Shown in pieces: positions 57,591 to 64,000 of a DNA stretch of 64,000 bases; the first letter of the stretch is position 1; each line of letters begins with the position of its first letter. The notes below the pieces were generated by a model. That model did not search any database. It was given only the letters and a program-made list of their open reading frames with translations, and was not told the DNA's origin. Location: the NCBI RefSeq assembly GCF_009914755.1, contig NC_060927.1. One strand, 5' to 3'. This DNA comes from the human T2T-CHM13v2.0 reference genome, Homo sapiens. The translations under genes were made by a program, and so were the position numbers.

Positions 57591-57604
57591 TGGCACAGAA
57601 AATA

Positions 57605-60600
57605 GAGTTTCCAAGACAGCCAGAGCAAGATAGCTGAACAGAAGCCTGCATTGATTGTCCTCCCTAGAGGAACACCAAACTTAACAACTATCCACACAAA
57701 AAAGCACCTTCATAAGAATGAAGCATTAGGTAAGTGAGCACAGTAATTGGTTTGACTTCATATTAGTGAAAGAGGAACTGAAGAGGGTAGGAAAGAAAGT
57801 CTTGAACTGCTGATGCCACCCTTCTCCCATCCCCTGGCAGTGACCACATGATGCAGAGAGGAAATCTGCACTTGGGGAAGGGAAAGCACCGTAATTGTGG
57901 GATCTTTGCATTGAAACTTAGTGCTTCCCTGTCACAGTAGAAAGTCATACTGGGCAGAAATCTGCTGGTGCCCACACAGAAAGTATTTAGACCAGCTATG
58001 CCAGAGGCAAATCATCCATCCCAGTGTTTGGAACCTGAGTTCTGGCAAGTCTTGCCACCATGGGCTAAAGTGCTATGGGTCCTAAATAAATTTGAAAGTC
58101 AGTCTAGGCTTCAAGAACTGCAATTACTGGACAAGTCCTGGTGCTGTGTTGGGCTCAGAGCCAGTGGACTTGGGGGGCAGGAGACCTAGTGAGACACCGG
58201 CCAAGGCAGCCAAGGGAATGCCTGTGCCATCCTCCTCCAAACACAAGCAGTGCAGCTGGCAGCTCTGGGAGAGACTTCTTTCTTCTGCTTGAAAAGAGGG
58301 GAGAAAAGAGTAAAAAAAAAAACAAAAACCTAAAAGCTACAAGAGAAAAGAAACAGATAATATACAATGGAGCTCCAATATGTGTCTGGTAGCAGACTTC
58401 TCAGCAAAAACCTTATAGGCCAGCAGAAAGTAGCATGACATATTTAAAGGGCTGAAGGAAAATAACTTTTATTCCAGAATAGTATATCCAGCAAAAATAT
58501 CTTTCAAACATGAAGGAGAAATGAAGACTTTCCCAGACAAACAAAAGATGCAGGATTTCATCATCACCAGGCCTGTCCTACAAGAAATGCTAAAGTTCTT
58601 CAGTCCAAAAGAAGAGGATGTTAATGAACAATAAATCTCTGAAGGTACAAAACTCACTGGTAGTAGTAAATACACAGAAAAACACAGACTGTTATGACTG
58701 TAATTGCAGTGTGTAAACTACTCATATCTTCAATAGAAAGACTAAAAGATAAACTGATCAAAAATAATAACTAAAATAATGTATTAGTCCATTCTTACAC
58801 GGCTCTAAAGAAATGCCTGAGACTGGGTAATTTACAAAGAAAAAGAGGTTTAATTGGCTCACAGTTCCACAGGTTTTGGAGCAAGAGGAAGAGAGAGTGG
58901 GGGAGGTGCCATACACTTTAAACAACCAGATCTCGTGAGAACTCTATCACAAGAACAGCACCAAATGGGGAAGTCTGCCCCGATGATCTAATCACCTCCC
59001 ACCAGGCCCCTCCTCCAACATTGGGGATTACAATTTGACATGAAATTGGGCAGGAACATAAATCCAAACCATGTCAAATAACTTTTTAAGACATAGACAG
59101 TACAAAAAGATGTAAATAGAAACAACAAAAAGTTAAAAAGTTGGGGGATGAAGTTAAAGTGTTGAGTTTTCATTAGTATGCTCTTGCCTTGTTAGTTCTT
59201 TTTGTTGTTTATGTAATTAGTGTTGAGTTGTCATTAGTTTAAAATAATGGATTATGAGATATTTGCAAGTATCATTGCATACCACCAGAGAAAATTACCT
59301 TCAGTAAAAGGAAGACAGGGAGAAAGGAAAGAAGGAAGAGCAGGCCACAAACCAGAAAACAAATAACAAGATGACAGTAATAAATTCTTATCAATAATAA
59401 CATTGAATGTAACTGGACTAAACTCTCCAATCAGAAGACATAGAGTGGCTGAACTGATTTAAAAAAAAAAAAAGAAAAAAAACCCAAGACCTAGAATATG
59501 TCACCTACAAGAAACACATTTTACCTATAAAAACATACATAGACTGGCTATAAAGTGATGGAAAAAGATATACCATGCCAGTGAAAACCAAAAAAGAGAA
59601 GGAGTAGCTAGACTTATGTCAGACAAAATACATTTCAAGACAAAAACTATAAAAAGAGACCAAGAAGGTAATTATAAAATGATAAAAGGGTCAATTCAGC
59701 AAGAGGATATAACAATTGAAAATACATATGCACCCAATATTGGAGCACCTAGAAATATAAAGCAAATATCGTTATAGATAAAGAGAGATCTAGACTTCAA
59801 TACAATAATAGCTGGAGAGTTCAACACTCCACTTTCAGCATTGGACAGACCAACCAGACAGAAAATGAAAAGAGGAACATCAGACTTAATCTTATTAGGC
59901 CAAATGGACCTAATAAACATCTACAGAACATTTCATCCCATGGCTGCAAAATAAACATTCTTCTAAGCACATGGATCATTATTAATGATAGGCTATATGT
60001 TAGGCCACTTAAACCAGTCTTTAAACATCAAAAAATATTGAAATTATGTCAAGTATATTCTCTGACCACAATGGAATTAAACTAGAAATCAATAACAAGA
60101 GGAATTTTGGAAACTATACAAACACACAGAAATTAAACAATATACACTTGAATGACCAGTAGGTCAATGAAGAAATTAAGAAGAAAATTTAAAAATTTAT
60201 TGAAACAAATAATAATGGAAACATAACATACCAAAACCTGTAGGATATAGGAAAAGCAGTACTAAGTGGAAAGTTGGTAGCTATAAGTGCCTACATCAAA
60301 AAAGTAGGAAAACTTCAAATAAAAAAATGATTTATCTTAAAGAACTAGAAAAGCAAGAGCAAACGAAACCCAAAATTAGTAGGGAAAATATTAAAAAAGA
60401 TAAAAACAGAACTAAATAAAATTGAAACAAAGAATACAAAAGATCCACAAAATGTAAAGTTGGTGTTTTGAAAAGAGAAAGTCAAACCTTTAGTCAGACT
60501 TAAAAAAAGAGAGAGAGAAGATCTAAATAAATAAAATTAGAAATTAAAAAAGGGACATTAAAACTAATACCACAGAAATTAGGAGGATTATTAGAGGCTA

Positions 60601-61820
60601 TTGGTTATTCAAGTGTATATTGGGAGCAGTAGCCTCTAATAAATTGGAAAAACCAATATATTGGCAAAACCTAGAAGAAATGGATAAATTCCTTAACACT
60701 ACAGCCTACCAAGATTTAACTATGAAAAAATTCAAAACCCGAACAGAGCAATAACAAGTAACAAGATCAAAGCTGTAATAAAGTCTCCCAGCAAAGGAAA
60801 GCCTGGGCCCTGATGGGTTTTCTGCTGAATTTTACCAAACATTTAAAGAAGAATGAATAGAAGTTCTATTCAAACTATTCCAAAAAAATAGGTGAGGAGT
60901 AAATACTTACAAACTTATTCTATGAGGCTAGTATTACCCTGATACCAAAATCAGACAAAGACATATCAAAAAGAGAAAACTACAGGCCGATATCCCTAAT
61001 GAACATTGATGCAAAAATCCTTAACCAAGTACTAGCAAACTGAATTTAAGAATACATTTAAAAGATCATTTTTTGTGACCAAATGGGATTTATCCCAGGG
61101 ATGCAAGAATGGTTCAAAAAATGCAAATTAATCAATGTGATACATCTTATCAACAGCATGAAGAACAAAAACCAAATGATCATTAAACTAGAAATTAATA
61201 ACAAGAGCAATTTTGGAAAATATACAAACACATGGAAATTAATGCACTTGAATGAACAGTAGGTCAATGAAGAAATCAAGATGATAAAAAAATTAAGAAG
61301 CTAAAAACCTTCTGAATATAGAACAAACATAACTCAACACAACAAAAGCCACATATGACAGACTCACAGCTAGTATCATACTGAAGGGGGAAAAACTGAA
61401 AGCCTTTCCTCTGAGATCTGGAACATAACAAGGATGCCAACTGTCACCACTGTTATTCAACATAGTACTGGATGTCCTAGCTACAGCAATTAGAAAAGAT
61501 AAAGAAATAAAGGACATCCAAATTGGAAAGGGATGGAAACAAGAATAACAAATTATTCTTGTTTGCAGATGGTATGATCTTATATTTGGAAAGACCTAAA
61601 GACTCCACCAAGAAACTATTAGAACTGATAAGCAAATTCAGTAAAGTTGCAGGATACAAAATCAACATATAAAAATTAGTAGCAGTTCTATATGCCAAAA
61701 GTAAACCATCTGAAAAAGAAATCAGGAAACTAATCTCACTTACAATAGCTACAAATAAAATGAAATACTTAAGAATTAACTTGACCAAAGAAGTGAAAGA
61801 TCTCTACTTTGAAAACTACA
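57605..61820 (+). mobile_element. Old L1 (L1MA/L1PB-like): 5' UTR, deleted ORF1, and degenerate ORF2 from endonuclease to RT
   Basis: CAAGATAGCTGAA start; ORF1 C-terminal homology at 58330-58600; EN/RT homology 59390-61820 with many stops. Confidence 0.82.
58780..59076 (-). mobile_element. MaLR solo LTR (MSTA/THE1D-like, internally deleted)
   Basis: TGTATTAGTCC ... AAACCATGTCA; 5-bp TSD AATAA. Confidence 0.85.
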
Positions 61821-61878
61821 AGGGGGTTTTCAAGATGGCTGACTAGAAGCAGCTGGTGTGTGTGGCTCTCATGGAGAG

Positions 61879-62233
61879 TGATATGGTTTGGCTGTGTCCT
61901 TATTCAAATTTCAATTTGAATTGTATCTCCCAGAATTCCCATGTGTTGTGGGAGGAACCCAGGGGGAAGTAATTGAATCACAGGAGCCAATCTTTCCTAT
62001 GCTATTCTCGTGATAGTGAATAAGTCTCATGAGAATTGATGGGTTTATCAGAGGCTTCTGCTTTTGCTTCCTCCTCATTTTTCTCTTGCCACCTCCATGT
62101 AAGAAGTGCCTTTTGCCTCCCTCCATGATTCTGAGGCCTCCCCAGCCATGTGGAACTGTAAATCCAATTAAACCTCTTTTTCTTCCCAGTCTTGGATATG
62201 TCTTTATCAGCAGCATGAAAACAAACTAATACA
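61879..62233 (+). mobile_element. THE1 solo LTR (355 bp)
   Basis: TGATATGGTTTGGCTGTGTCC ... ACTAATACA; flanks GAGAG/GAGAA. Confidence 0.9.
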
Positions 62234-62760
62234 GAGAAGAATGGAACAGGCAAATAAATACAGCACCTTCAACTAAAACATCCAGGTATATGCATCAGGA
62301 CTAATCAACGAAACAACTCAACCCATGGAGCAAGGCAGGATGATGGCCCGCATGGGAGAGATACTGAGCCAGGGGACCCTCCCCAACTCAGGAAAGCAGT
62401 GAGTGAATGTGTAACCCTGGGAACCCACACTTCTCCCATGGATCTTTACAACCCTTGGGTTGAACTCACTCCACCAGGACCTTCAGTCTGACACAAAGAG
62501 CTATGTGGAGTCTTGGCAGAGCAGCCACTCAGGCACATGAACAGATCTGGGAGCCTTGGATACCTGGGCTTTCCAGGATTCACAGCAAAAGTAACTGCAA
62601 TGTCAGCAAAGTGAGAGGTTAGACCCCTGTACACATCCCTAGGAAAATGGTTGAATCCACAGGGCTGAGCAGCATAGTCTGCAGGTACCTCATAGGAGAA
62701 GACCCACTAAATTGGAACTCCAACCAGCCACTGATAGCACTGTTGCACTTCACTGAGACA

Positions 62761-63840
62761 GAGCTCCTAGCAGGGAGGGGTGGCCTGCCATCTTTGCCAT
62801 TTGGCCAACTTAGTGGTTGCAGCCTTCGGGCTTTGGAGAGTCCAAGCCAACTGGAGGCTGAAGTGGTCCCCCAGCACAGCATAGCTGTGCTACAAAAACA
62901 TGGCCAGATTGCTTTTTTAAACGTGTCCCAATCCCATTCTTCCTCACTGGGCAGGACCTCCAACCAGGGTCTTGAGCCACCCCTACTGGTAGTTTCTGGC
63001 TGATAGAGATTTAAAACCTCCCTGGGATGGAGCTCCCAGAGGGAGAGGTGGGCTGCCATCTTTGCTCTTTGGACAATTAGCCATTCCAGCCTTCAGGGTT
63101 TAGAGAGTCCCGGCCACCTGGGGGATGAAAGTGGTCCCCCAGCAGAGCATAGCTGCTCTGCAAAAACATGGCCAGACTGCTTTTTAAAGCAGGTGTCCAA
63201 TCCCATTCCTCCTCACTAAGTGGGACCTCCCAACCAGGGTCTCCAGCTACCCTCACCAGTGCTCTCCAGCTGACAGAGATTTAAAGCCTCCCTGGAATGC
63301 AGTTCCCAAAGGGAGGGCCAGGCTGCCATCTTTCCTGTTTGGGTTACTTAACCATTCTGGCCTTCAGGCTTAGGAGAATCTGAGGTGACCAGGGGCAGTA
63401 GCAGACCCCAAGCATAGCACAGCTGCCCTACAAAAATGTGACCAGACTGCTTTTTAAAGTGGGTCCCCAATCCTGTTTCTCCTCACTGGGTGGGAACTCC
63501 CAGCTGGAGTCTCCAGCCACATCCTACAGGTACATTCAGGCTGGCAATAGGTCTGTACCTCCCTGGGACAAAGCTCCCAGAGGGAGGGGCAGGCCACCAT
63601 ATTTGCTGTTTCACAGCCTTCACTGTTGATACCTCCAGGTACTGGAAAATCCAAGGTGACTAGGGACTGGAGTGGGCTCCCAGCACACTGCAGCAGCCCT
63701 ATAAAAAAGTGGCCAGATGGTTATGTGGATCCCCATTTCCATATCTCCTCACTGGGCAGGTCCTCCAGGCCTTGGCCTCCAGCCATCCACCACCAGAGCT
63801 ATCAAGCCAGTAGCAGCCCTGCAACTCCCTGAACAAAGCC
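62761..63840 (+). repeat. Four diverged tandem units of about 270 bp
   Basis: Unit starts at 62761, 63030, 63300 and 63571, each resembling AGCTCCCAGAGGGAGG...GCCATCTTT. Confidence 0.85.
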
Positions 63841-64000
63841 CCCAGGGAAAATGAAAGCCTCTCTGTCACTGCTTCTGCAGTGGAACTGCCCTTGCTACCC
63901 TCGTACTAACAAAGGAGCAAAGACCCTAAGGCCTTATCCACAACTCCAACAAGCTGCAGTAGACCCAAGAAGAGGAGGCCAGTCTGTCTCCTACAGGACT

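Larger units (their letters stand above)
61822..64000 (+). mobile_element. 5' UTR of an old primate L1 (L1PB/L1PA13-16 group) running off the window end
   Basis: GGGGGTTTTCAAGATGGCTGACTAGAAGCAGC start; GC-rich tandem units. Confidence 0.72.

Overview
Human-type (primate) genomic DNA. It carries coding exons 4-22 and the 3' UTR of SLC15A2 (PEPT2, H+/peptide cotransporter) on the + strand. I traced 19 GT-AG exons from 11538 to the stop at 40972 (1855 nt, one open frame); exons 1-3 lie upstream of the window. The allele reads F350/S409/K509, the known PEPT2*2 haplotype. The rest is mostly transposon-derived: two full-length antisense L1s (L1PA6-like in intron 3, L1PA3/2-like in intron 19), about 25 Alus, MaLR/ERV1 LTRs, DNA-transposon fossils, and old L1 debris downstream. 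Almost all long ORFs in the track are L1/Alu-derived or exon read-through. I see no wholly new gene system. The best leads, all untested inferences, are: (1) an intact L1 ORF0 whose splice donor is exactly in frame with SLC15A2 exon 4; (2) two further transposon promoters positioned to make truncated PEPT2; (3) a 32-bp templated duplication supplying a second ATTAAA in the 3' UTR; (4) several template-switch hairpins. Repeat subfamily names and residue numbers come from recalled consensus/reference sequences, not from a database run.
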